Origin: an uncultured Chthonomonadaceae bacterium
Lineage (GTDB): Bacteria > Armatimonadota > Chthonomonadetes > Chthonomonadales > Chthonomonadaceae
DNA: 43,190 nt
NCBI GenBank assembly: GCA_963835065.1
Contig: CAWIEK010000032.1
Location: forward strand, 1-43,190
Direction of reading: 5' to 3'
Part shown: in pieces, positions 9,501 through 19,598 of the stretch
How the letters are laid out: the number at the start of each line of letters is the position of its first letter
How positions within the stretch are numbered: position 1 is the first letter of the stretch
Notes under the pieces: generated by a model
What the model was told of the DNA's origin: nothing
What the model saw: the letters and a program-made list of their open reading frames with translations, nothing else
Databases searched by the model: none
Position numbers and translations under genes: made by a program

Positions 9501-10100
9501 ATGAAAGCCAAATTGATTTTAGCTTCTACCGCGCTGTGCCTCGGCCTCGCCGCATCCTCGCAGGCGCAAAAGCCGACGGTAACGGCTGCGCGCGCGGGCG
9601 GAATTCCCCAGGGCGGCGGCATTGTCGGCGTCCAGGGAGCTATTACCAACACTTCTTCCTCGGATGCGCTGACGATTACCGCCGACACGATTACCCTTGT
9701 GGCCGGTTCCGTCAATGAAGATTTCATCCAGTTTACGGATGGCTTCATCAATTCCAACCTGCCCCTGGTAATTAATCCCGGTTCCAGCTTCGTCGGCTTC
9801 ACAAGTTCAAGCGCCAGCAACCGGGATCCGAACAACAATGGCACTACGCTTCCCAATGTCGGGACAACGCCGTACCTGTTTACCGTCGTTTACAGCGGCA
9901 GCAGCATGCCGACAGACCCGACTACGGGTACGGTTCAACTGAGCTACACGCTTGGCACAAACCCCTTTGTCTTCACCGACACATTTATTTTCCCCGCTTC
10001 GCCGCCACCCCTGACGCCGGAACCGGGAATGATGGCGCTGATGGGAAGCGGCCTGGTAAGTGGCGGCCTGTTCCTGGCCCGCCGCCGTTCCCGCAAGTAG
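9501..10100 (+). CDS. PEP-CTERM sorting domain surface protein
   Basis: Signal peptide (ASSQA), Thr/Ser-rich body, C-terminal TPEPGMMALMGSGLVSGGLFLARRRSRK; RBS AAGGAG. Confidence 0.92.
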   Translation: MKAKLILASTALCLGLAASSQAQKPTVTAARAGGIPQGGGIVGVQGAITNTSSSDALTITADTITLVAGSVNEDFIQFTDGFINSNLPLVINPGSSFVGFTSSSASNRDPNNNGTTLPNVGTTPYLFTVVYSGSSMPTDPTTGTVQLSYTLGTNPFVFTDTFIFPASPPPLTPEPGMMALMGSGLVSGGLFLARRRSRK

Positions 10101-10144
10101 CGAAGGCGCGTTTTTCCAGTGTGAACCTTTTTCGTTGTGAACAC

Positions 10145-10190
10145 AACAGCTTCGGCGCGAAGAATTCCTTTGCGCCGAAGTTGTTTGCTT
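10145..10190 (+). terminator. Probable terminator hairpin after PEP-CTERM gene
   Basis: aacagcttcggcgcgaag / ctttgcgccgaagttgtt stem followed by T-rich tract. Confidence 0.6.
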
Positions 10191-10235
10191 GTTGCGGCGC
10201 GTACATACAACAATACTGCTCAATGAAAGAGATTT

Positions 10236-11516
10236 ATGCGTGTTCGCGCGATTTTTGCTTTGTGGCTGCCGCTTGCCATCAGTTTTGAGTTGATGATGCT
10301 GGAAGGGCCGACGGTACAGGCCGCGATTGGCCGCCTGCCCAACCCGGAACTGCATTTGGCCGCGTGGGGCCTGACCATTTCCCTGTCGCTGCTGATCGAA
10401 AGCCCGGTCATCATGCTGCTGGCGACGGCGATTGCGCTTGTGCAGGACGCGGATTCGTACCACGCCCTGCGCCGCTTCATGCTGAATTTGGCAGGCGGCT
10501 GTACGCTCCTCACCCTGCTGATCGCCTTCACGCCGCTTTTCGATGTGGTTGCGGGCGGCATCATGCGGCAGCCCGCGCCCATTGTCGCCGCCGCCCGCCC
10601 CGCCATGCAGATCATGCTTTTGTGGAGCGCCGCCATCGCCTGGCGGCGCTTTTATCAGGGGCTTTTGGTGCGCTGCGGGCGAACGCGCCTGGTGTCGTGG
10701 GGAACTCTGCTGCGCCTGACATCTGCGGTCAGCGTCGCCACCGTTCTCGCCACCCGCCACCGGCTTCCCGGCATCCAAGTAGGCGCATACGCGCTCATGG
10801 CCGCTGTCCTGTCCGAAGCATTGGCAATCACGCTGTTCGCGCTGCCGGTCGTCAGGCGCCAGTGGCTAATGCCCAACACCCAACACCCAACACCCAACAC
10901 CCTCTCTCAACGCGCTATTTGGAAGTTTCACGCGCCCTTAGCCGCGACGACGCTGCTGACCTTGCTGGCACAACCGCTGACGGCGACGGCGTTGGCGTAC
11001 CTGCCCAACCGAACCGCTACGCTGGCTGTGTGGCCGGTGGTGTCTATGCTGCTGCTTGTGATGCGCGGGTGGGGGCTTGCCTTGCAGGAAATTACCGTGT
11101 CGCAGGCTAAAGACCCCGCTTCCCACGCCCCCCTGCGCCGCTTCACTCTGCTTGTCGGCCTGACAACCACGCTTGTCACCATTCTGATCGCCGTAACGCC
11201 GCTTTTTGAGTTGTACGCCGGGAATGTACTGCACCTGCCGCTTGAATTGCACCATCTGGCGCGAATTGGGGTTGGCGTGGGCGCGCTGCTGCCCCTGCTG
11301 TCGTCCCTCAGCGCGTGGGCGGGCGGCATGGTGGTTGCGTCCGGGCACACCCATCATCGCTACCGGGGCATGGCGCTGAATTTGGGTACGCACGTTGCCC
11401 TGCTCCTCCTCGGCGTCGGCCTGCGCCTGCCGGGAATGTGGGTCGCCGCCGGCGCGTTCACCTGCGCGTCGCTTGCAGAATACCTTTACCTCGCTGCGCA
11501 CACAAAACAAGAATAA
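10236..11516 (+). CDS. MATE/MOP-superfamily-like (ANKH-like) polytopic membrane protein
   Basis: About 12 hydrophobic segments in two repeats (FALWLPLAIS / WKFHAPLAAT), IESPVIMLL, WRRFYQGLLVR. Confidence 0.7.
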   Translation: MRVRAIFALWLPLAISFELMMLEGPTVQAAIGRLPNPELHLAAWGLTISLSLLIESPVIMLLATAIALVQDADSYHALRRFMLNLAGGCTLLTLLIAFTPLFDVVAGGIMRQPAPIVAAARPAMQIMLLWSAAIAWRRFYQGLLVRCGRTRLVSWGTLLRLTSAVSVATVLATRHRLPGIQVGAYALMAAVLSEALAITLFALPVVRRQWLMPNTQHPTPNTLSQRAIWKFHAPLAATTLLTLLAQPLTATALAYLPNRTATLAVWPVVSMLLLVMRGWGLALQEITVSQAKDPASHAPLRRFTLLVGLTTTLVTILIAVTPLFELYAGNVLHLPLELHHLARIGVGVGALLPLLSSLSAWAGGMVVASGHTHHRYRGMALNLGTHVALLLLGVGLRLPGMWVAAGAFTCASLAEYLYLAAHTKQE

Positions 11517-11781
11517 ACCACCCGCTGCGCTAGAGACACAGAGACACAGAGAAAGAGCCGATGCGAGAAGAACAGAAGGGGAAAAGAGAGGGAACCGCAA
11601 AGAGGCAAAGAGAGCAAAGGAATTGCTAACAAGAGGAGAATCTATTCTCTTGTTGTTTGCCTTCGTTGTTTTCTTTGCGTCCTTTGCTCCTTTACGGTTC
11701 GTCCTTCTCTCCTCTTCTCTCCTATATTTTCTCGTATTGCTTTTCCTCTGTGTCTCTGTGTCTCTAGCGCAGCGGGTGGTT
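11516..11781. mobile_element. Nested MITE-like inverted-repeat element
   Basis: Outer 36-bp perfect IR 11516-11551 / 11746-11781 with CACAGAGA units; inner imperfect IR 11592-11619 / 11673-11700 with GCAAAG units; purine-rich left half, pyrimidine-rich right half. Confidence 0.75.
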
Positions 11782-11783
11782 AG

Positions 11784-14700
11784 TTATTTGTCTTTGTCGT
11801 TGATGCCCATGCCGCTTTTGTTCGGGATACGGCGGGCGCTTGGGCGCGACGTAGGGGGCGCGTTTCAGTTCGTCGAGCATCTGCTTGATGCCCGCGTCGA
11901 GTTGGGGGTCGCCGCCGTTGGTCATTAAGGCGGGGTCGTCCATCACTTCGATGTCGGGGTCTACGCCGTGCCCTTCGATGCCCCATGTGCTGTTGAGCTT
12001 GTAGAAGGCGAAGGTGGGCGCGGTGACAGCGCCGCCGTCAATGAGGCCGGGGTTGCCGGAAATGCCGACAAGCCCGCCCCACGTGCGCGTCCCGATGAGT
12101 TTGCCCAGTTTGGCCTGCCGGAACATCCAGGGGAACGCATCGCCGCCCGAACCCGCCAGCCCGTTGATTAACATGCACTTGGGGCCGGGATTGGAAACCG
12201 GAGGCCACTGCCAGTCCAGGCCGTCGCGCTTGGCCCAGTAGTTGGTGATGGGACGGTTGAGCAGTTCGATGAAGCGGTCGGGAATCTGCCCGCCGCCGTT
12301 CCAGCGCTCATCAATAATCAGCGCGTCCTTGTCGAACTGCCCCATGAACTGCCGGAACAGATCGTTTTGCCCGTTGACGCCCGTATCCGGCACGTAGATA
12401 TAGCCCACGCGCCCGCCCGTCTTTTGCTCCACGTACTTGCGGTTCTGCTCAATCCAGTCGCGGTAGCGCAATGTACCTTCGCTTCCCGTCAGGCGAACCG
12501 TCACGTCGCGGGCCGCGCTGTCCATTGTCGGCTTGTCGCTGACCGTGATGGTAACGACTCTGTCCGCAAGATTTTGGAACGCCGCCCAGGGATCCTGCTT
12601 CGTGTCGAGGGGCGTGCCATTGACGGCGAGAAGGTAATCCCCCGCCTTAACGTTGACGCCCGGTTGTGCCAGTGGCCCCCGCGTTTCCACGTCCCATGGG
12701 GCGCCGGACACGATTTTCTTGATGCGGTACGCGCCGTTTTCCAGCGCATAGTCCGCGCCCAACATGCCGACAGATACGCTCGGCTCCGCCGCCACATCCC
12801 CGCCCGAATAGTAGGCGTGTCCCACGTTGAGTTCCGAGATCATTTCGCTGATAACGTAGCTCACATCGTCGCGGGTCGCGCAGCTTTCCAGCATTTTGGC
12901 GTACTGGTCATGCACGTTTTTCCAGTTCAGGCCGTGCATATTAGGGTCGTAGAAGAAGTCGCGTTCGATCCGCCACGCATCGTCAAACAACTGCTTCCAT
13001 TCCGTGCGGGGGTCAATGGTCGTGGTCATGGCGGCAGGTGTTACCGTATCGCCTGTCGCGCCTGCGGAAGCGTCCTGCACGGTTGCGCTTGGGCCGCGCA
13101 CGATCAGGATTTTCTTGCCGTCCGGCGTGATGTCCATGCCGACGGCTCCGGCGGCAACGGTCTGCTCCTGCCGCTTTTCATCGGTGATGTCGAACAGCTT
13201 GATGCCCGCGCCCTCCTGCGAACCGGGCGTACCGAAGCGGGCAAACAGCAGTTGGTTGCGGTCATTGACGGCCAATCCGCCGAACCGCCCGCTGCGCAGG
13301 GGCAGCAGAATGGCGCGGCTTTCCAGTCCGTCCATGTCAATTGTGACGTGGAGGGGAGCGGCGGCGGGAGGCGTACCGGGTTTAGCTCCGGGCGTTCCGG
13401 GGTTGGCGGGAGCGCCGGGTTTGGGCGGGGGCGCATTGCCGACGCGCTCCGCCGACATTGCCATGATCTGCCCCATGATGGTGATGCTGCCGGAGATGCG
13501 ATTGCCGGAGATTTTGGCCGTCATTGTGCCGACAACGCCGCCGGGCAGGGCCAGACTCAACGTGAGTTCTTTTGTGGCCGGGTTGTACGTGCCCGTAATG
13601 TCGGCGTTGCCCTGGTCGGACTGCGCCTGCCCCGTCACCACGTTATTCGCGCCCAGCGTCAGATGCAGCGTGAAGCTGACGGCTCCCGCCATGCCCTTCC
13701 AATCGCCGGATACCTCGTCGGTTTGGGCTTGCCGGACAACGGGTTCGTCCAAACCCAATTGGGCGAACACGCTTACGCTTGCTTTGGGACTATCGGCAAA
13801 CGGTTCCGCTTCGGATTTGGGCAGGTAGGGCGAACGAACGTCTTTGCGCAGGGGCATGGCGACCAGAATCTGCGTTCCGCTGTAAATCCAGGTGCTGCCC
13901 TCATCGCCGTACTGCGGGTTGAAGCTGCGCGCGCTGGCGAAATACAGGTAATCGCCCTTGCGGTCAAACACGGGGTCGGAATCGCTGAACAGGCCGCTCG
14001 TCACCGAGTGTGGCCTTGCCGGAGTCGAGGCTGTACAGATAAATGGAGGACGTTCGGCGGCGTCCGCTGCCCCGCGCATAGGTGAGCCATTTGCTGTCTG
14101 GCGACCATGTGGGCGTGATTGTGTTGGCGGCGGGATCGGTGTCTACCAGTTTGGTTTGCCCGCTTGCGATGGTATACAGGTACAACGCGCCGGTTTTGTC
14201 GGCGAACGTGATGTATTTGGTGTCGGGCGACCATTGCACACCGGTACGGAACGCGCTGCCGTTTTTGGTTAGCTGCTTGGCTTCGCCCTTGCCGTCCGAG
14301 GGCATCATGTAGAGTTCGTACTCGCCCGTCGCGTCCGACAGATAGGCGATCCAGCGTCCGTCGGGACTCCAGGCCGGGTCGCGTTCGGCAATGCCGTTGG
14401 TGTGCGTCAGGTTGCGGGCGACGCCTTCTTTCACGGGCGCGATCCAGATGTCGCCCCGCGCTTCCATGACGACGTGCTTGCCGCTCGGCGAAACGCCCCA
14501 ACCGGTCAGAAAACGAGTGACATCCACGCTGCGCGGGCGCAGTTCGCCCTGATCGCCGGGGATGCGAACGTCCACGACATGCGTTTTATTGGTCGCCAGG
14601 TCAAGCAGTTCCAGGTTCGCGCCGTGCTGAAACACGATCTCGCCCTTGCCGTTCGCGCCGGGTCCGATGGACGGCCATTTGAGGTCATAATCAGTTACAT

Positions 14701-15482
14701 GCGTGACTTGCTGGCGCTGCGCGTTTTTGGTATCGTAGCGCCAGATGTTAAGCCGGTGTTCCGGGCCGCCGTCCGACAAATAATAGATGGTCGTGCCCTG
14801 CCACATCGGGAGGGTGTCCGTGCCTTCCCAATCCGTGATTTTTTTGGCGGTCTTGGTTTGCAGGTCGAACAGCCAGATGTCCTGCGCCCACCCGCCCCGG
14901 TAGCGTTTCCAGGTGCGGTTGTTGGTGGACGAGGGGGTATACGCGAGATAGCGTCCGTCGGGGCTGATGGCCGCGTCATCGCCATACGGAACGGGCAGTT
15001 TCTCCGGCAGGCCGCCGGTTGGAGGCACAACAAAAAGCTGATCCTGCCGCGCCTGCCCGACAAGCCCGTTGGACGCGAACAGCAGCTTGCCGTCCGGCGT
15101 CCAGTTGCACAGGCGCTCGGCAGACGGATGGTGCGTCACGCGGGTCGGCAATCCACCCTCGGCGGGAATGGTGTACAAATCGTAATTGCCGTCGTAATTG
15201 CCCGTAAACGCGACGGTTGTGCCGTCCTTATTAAAGTGGGGCAGAATGGCGCGTCCTGACGGCGATGCGAGGGGAATGGCCTGTCCGCCCTCGCGCCCGA
15301 CAATCCAGAGCTTGTTGGCGTAGGTAAACACGATTTGCTTCGCGCTCACGGACGGGTAGCGCAGCATCCCGGCATGAATTTTCACGGTTTGCGGAGCCTG
15401 CCGCGCCCACAGGGTCAGGGGGCAAAGCAGCAAACTCGCGCTGATAAGCCACTTTTTCTGAGCGGCTTCGTAGCTTCGACAT
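11784..15482 (-). CDS. Tricorn protease homolog (peptidase S41, beta-propellers + PDZ); frameshifts near 15455, 14005, 11825
   Basis: MLRYPSVS, WKRYRGG, PD40 repeats (WSPDG), WRIERDFFYDPNMHG, ELNVGHAY, GYIYVPDT, DERWNGGG, GSGGDAFP catalytic Ser motif, GTRTWGG, EGHGVDPDIEV, DPQL. Confidence 0.93.
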
Positions 15483-15561
15483 AGTCTCTCCTCATTCAGA
15501 ATTATTCAAAGTTCAACAGGATAATTATACTTGGTGACGGGGTAAGAATCCTCCAAAGGCG

Positions 15562-15598
15562 AAAAAATGCCGTTGAAGGTTTCCCAACTTCAACGGCA
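15562..15598 (-). terminator. Probable minus-strand terminator upstream of tricorn gene
   Basis: 11-bp stem tgccgttgaag / cttcaacggca with A6 on the left (T6 on minus). Confidence 0.55.
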
Positions 15599-15931
15599 AA
15601 GGAGGTGTTATTACTTTTGGTTCATTTTCGACTCACCGGTTAGACGGAGCCAAATCCAGTCCGTTTCACTAATATCAGGCGCGATTTTCTACCGGATTAT
15701 TGACTGGAACGCCTATTTTTTGGAAAATGGGAACAAAACCGCGCATAAGCGGTATCCTATCGGGTATAGTTGTAGTTGTTAAGATGGGATTAAGGTTCCC
15801 AGTGTTTGGCAGGGCTGCCACGCGACAATTTACTTTCTGCGTTCTTTGGGAATGATAGGGAGAAATCGTGCGCGTGTTTTTTATTTTTGCCTTGCAGTCA
15901 TTTTCTTTCCCAATCCACCAGGAGGTGTCTT

Positions 15932-16851
15932 TTGTACCAAACCAGTTTCCCCACACGTACTAAATCAGCCTTTACGCTGATCGAATTGCTCGTCGTGATT
16001 GCAATCATTGCAATTCTGGCGGCAATCCTGTTCCCTGTGTTCGCCCAGGCGCGCGAGTCGGCGCGAAAAACGTCGTGCCTGAGTAACGAAAAGCAGCTTG
16101 CCACCGGAACCGCCATGTATGTCCAGGATTTCGATGAAACCTACTTCGGTCCCTGGGATTGTGGGACGTACCTGCTGCGCGACAGCGATGGCTCTCAGTA
16201 TCGCAACTATCTGCCGTGGACGGCTCTGATACAGCCTTACGAGAAGAACACGGATTTGCTGATCTGCCCCGATCAGACGGACCAGGCATTCATCAAAGCC
16301 GCTAATCCCATCGCGCGCAAGGAGCTGTACTCGGGCTACGGACTGAACTATGGCTATCTGACCACCTTCAACGGCACCTGCGCCAATACCGGGCAGTACT
16401 CGTTTCCGGGAATTTCGCTGGCGCAGGTCAAGCGCGCGGCAAACACTGTTCATGCTCGTGGATACGGTTGGGCTGAACTATGCCAGATCGCAGCGCCGGC
16501 ACCGTCTGGACGCCGGTCGGCACGACGGTAGAACCGCCCATTGACTGCTATGCCTTTGCCCGCTCTACGACAGACTGTGACGCTTTCTCGGATGGCTGGA
16601 CGGGCACAACCGACAGCCTCACCGCAGGTTATGATTTCCCCGGCTACGGCGGCGCGTCGTTCCGGCACGCTGGCGGATCGTGGAAAGACAAAACTCTGCC
16701 CGACGGCGGCATAAACGTGGCCTTCTGCGATGGGCACGCCAAGTTCTTCAAGGCGGGCGCGCTGCTGGCGGGCACAAACTTCGATCCCACAAAGGGCGGT
16801 GGCGCTAAAGTGACGGACACCAGCGCTTATATGTGGGACCCGAACAACTAG
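15932..16851 (+). CDS. Prepilin-type N-terminal cleavage/methylation, DUF1559 / H-X9-DG domain protein; frameshift near 16450
   Basis: [48 protein letters not shown]-terminal [14 protein letters not shown] in ORF 16480..16851; AGGAGG before TTG 15932. Confidence 0.9.
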
Positions 16852-16881
16852 ACCCAATAACGTAAAAGGAGCGATACATTC

Positions 16882-17073
16882 ATGCGTAAACTGATACTTG
16901 CCGTTGTTGTCTGCTGCGCCTGTACGCCCCTGATGGGCTGTCACGGTGGCGATGATGGCGGTGAGAACAAGGTCATTCAGTCCAAAGGCGGCAATCCCCC
17001 TGTGGAAAAGCCTGCCGACCCCAGCCGCGTCAAGCCCACCTTGAGTACCTCGGGTGGCGGAGCCGGAAAGTAG
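16882..17073 (+). CDS. Small lipoprotein
   Basis: Lipobox LMGC after hydrophobic signal; RBS AAGGAG; follows the DUF1559 gene. Confidence 0.75.
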   Translation: MRKLILAVVVCCACTPLMGCHGGDDGGENKVIQSKGGNPPVEKPADPSRVKPTLSTSGGGAGK

Positions 17074-17150
17074 GCGTACTTCGCCATTGATGAAAGCGCA
17101 GAAATGCGCAGGCAGTGGCGCAAAGCGAAACTGAATACCGACAAATGGAA

Positions 17151-17349
17151 GCGCGTCCCTGACAACGCAGCAGAGTACCAGAGATGGTAAACTCTGTTCG
17201 CTGTTAAGGACGCGCTTTAACCAGTTCCGGGTGTTGAAAACACCCGGCAGGAAAGTGCAAGCGTCTTCCAGACGCGATACACTGTTGTACAAAGGTTTGC
17301 GTCCGTAGGACGCTTGTTTTGTCCTGCCGGGTACTTTCAGTACCCGGCA
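17151..17349. repeat. Long hairpin plus REPIN-like doublet between convergent genes
   Basis: Imperfect hairpin 17151-17216 (gcgcgtcc..ggacgcgc); palindromes ccgggtgtt-gaa-aacacccgg 17227-17247 and tgccgggtact-ttc-agtacccggca 17325-17349 with inverted inner arms. Confidence 0.7.
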
Positions 17350-17369
17350 ACAAACAGGATGCGGGCATT

Positions 17370-19260
17370 TCACAGCAAAAGGCTATGTAAGGCAAGGACG
17401 GCTTCGGCGCGCGTTCCCGTAAACGTTTCTGGCGCGGGAACAGCCTTGTTCGCTGTTGCTGACATAGTTGCTTCTGCCGCCTGCCGCCATGCCTGCCAAT
17501 TGTCGGGTGTAATCGGCTCGTCGGGACGGAACCGTAAATCTTCCGGGTTGCCGAGCGACTCGCAGCACAGGGCAAGCGTTTGTACAGCCGCGAACGCGGG
17601 ATGCGAAAGCGGCACGTCCACGTACCAGTTCAGCGCAATGCCGTTCGCCAGCAAGGATTGCTGATAGCTGTGCCGTAATGCGGCGTCTTCATAAACGGCG
17701 CGGGGCGAGTGGTTTTGCCGCGCGGCAAACGCGGCCAGCAGTCCCGCCAACTCGCCGATGTTCCATTCAATCGGATGCAGGCGGTACGCGCCGTTTGTTA
17801 AATGGGTCGTGCCCAGGTTCTTGCAGGCCGGGAGCAGGTTTGTCCAGCGAACCGGAATCAGCGCGCCCAGTGGAATCTGAAACGGGCGCGTGGCAACATA
17901 ATGGTTGGGTTCGCCGTGTCCGTTGGGGTGAATGTCCAGCGCGTAATGCCCGACGCCAACCGAATCCGGCATAAACGCAGCCCGCGCCTTGTCGCCCCGC
18001 CACACACCTCCCCCAAAATCTTTAACGACAATCTCCTGTTCCAAAATCGGACGCAACGCTTTGATTCGCCGCGACTCTCGAATATAAGGTTCGGGCGCGC
18101 AGCCATCCGGCGTATCGAACCAGTCGGCGCGCAGGCGGAATTCGGGATAACCGAGAGGCGAAGAAAGTGATGAGTGATGAGTGATGAGTGATGAATGGGC
18201 ATTCAATTCATCACTCATCATTCCGCGTTCAGCATTGTCTCCTTTCTCCTCCTCTGGCACATTCCGTTTGCAGCCAGTACACGTAGCCCAGGGAGGCGCG
18301 GCGCGCGCGGGCAAGCGTGGCCTGGATTTGCGCCGCGTCGCCAACGAGTTCGTTTGGGCCGAGGATGTTGCCGCCGTAGTAATCGTTGCCTGCCGTGTTG
18401 ATCATGGCGACATCGTGGGGGATGCGCGGGTCGTCGAAGTTTTCCGCCGCCAGAACGCGCCGGTACTGCCACCATGGGGCGCGGCCTTCAAAAAGTCCCG
18501 TAATCGCGCCGTGCAGAATTTTGTAATCCTGCTGCGCTTTCAGTTCTTCGTAGTCGTGGGGCGGCGCGATGATGTTTGTGTCGGCGGTTTCGGGCGACCA
18601 TTCCAGCGCGAAGGGAAACGTGAACGGCTGCACCCAATGCGGGCGGGCTTCGGGCGGGGCGTCTGGTTCCCCGGTTTCCGTTTGCGACTCCGCGCCAATC
18701 ACCCAATCCACGCCTTCTTGTCCGCACAGCGCCAGGATTTCGCCCGTATCCGTAGCGTCCAGCACATAGCGCGGCACAAAGCGTAGGATGCTGCCGTCTG
18801 CGGTTTCTGTGATTACGACGGCAATAGCGTTCGGGTCATTCGGGTTCATCTCGCAGGCGGTGACGCGCGTGTTGAGCAACACTTGCAGGCGTCCGGCTGC
18901 TTCGCCTGGTCGCAGCATGTCGCGCAGAATCATCGCGCCCACTTTCGGCTCGTAGCTCAATCGGCTGACCCAACAGCTTCCAGGGTTGAAATACGGCTGT
19001 TCTGCGCCCTTTGCGCTGAGTTGGTACGTGGCGCGGTAATGCGCGCGCATCCGGTTGCGAAAGTCGTAGTAGCGTCTCGTTCCGCCGAAGGTTTCGATAT
19101 GCGCCTGCTCGTCGGGCGTACAAACCCCCTGCGCCGTTAATTGCCCGCCAAGCCAGTTTCCCGCTTCCAGCAGGCACACGGACGCGCCTGCTTCGGTTGC
19201 CGCCAGTGCCGCCGCGCACCCGCCCGCGCTCCCGCCCACAATCACAATGTCACACTGCAT
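17370..19260 (-). CDS. FAD-dependent oxidoreductase (FAD_oxidored family); frameshift near 18255
   Basis: DIVIVGGSAGGCAAA, WLGGQLTAQG, DATDTGE, PYIRESRR, DSVGVGHYALDIH, PFQIPLGALIP, KNLGTTHLTNGAYRLHPIEWNIG. Confidence 0.9.
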
Positions 19261-19286
19261 TTCGCTGCCCTTCCCGTAAAAATTAG

Positions 19287-19438
19287 TAACTTTTCACCAC
19301 CAAGTCTCTAAGAACACCAAGTAAAGCAGGCACTACTAACAGATCAGAACACGCGAAGCCTTCCATATCTTCTGTAATTTACAACGTCCTTCTTCTCGTT
19401 CTTCTTGGTGTTCTTGGCGGCTTGGTGGTGAAAAGTTA
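19287..19438. mobile_element. MITE-like inverted-repeat element
   Basis: taacttttcaccaccaag 19287-19304 / cttggtggtgaaaagtta 19421-19438, plus aagaacaccaag / cttggtgttctt. Confidence 0.7.
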
Positions 19439-19598
19439 AAAATTACTTCTTCTTTCTGGAGTCTACCCGTATTGAACCGGATACAGAAAGGGAGAAACGT
19501 TCCGAGGGGCAGATTCTCAGGAAAACTTCCCCGTTCCTGTTTGCTGTTGACGCCCTGCGCAACGATATAGGAGCCGACACTTGCTTGAGGAACTAATC

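Noticed and set aside
12367..14085. 572-aa plus-strand ORF, and similar long ORFs at 26761-27861, 31467-32813, 21272-22351, 34520-35572 and 38621-39739
   Set aside because: Antisense shadows of well-supported genes in GC-rich DNA; no motifs.
15610..15800. Possible small minus-strand gene remnant ending ..ETDWIWLRLTGESKMNQK before the 15562-15598 terminator
   Set aside because: Needs a frameshift, has no clear start and no recognisable family; not supportable.
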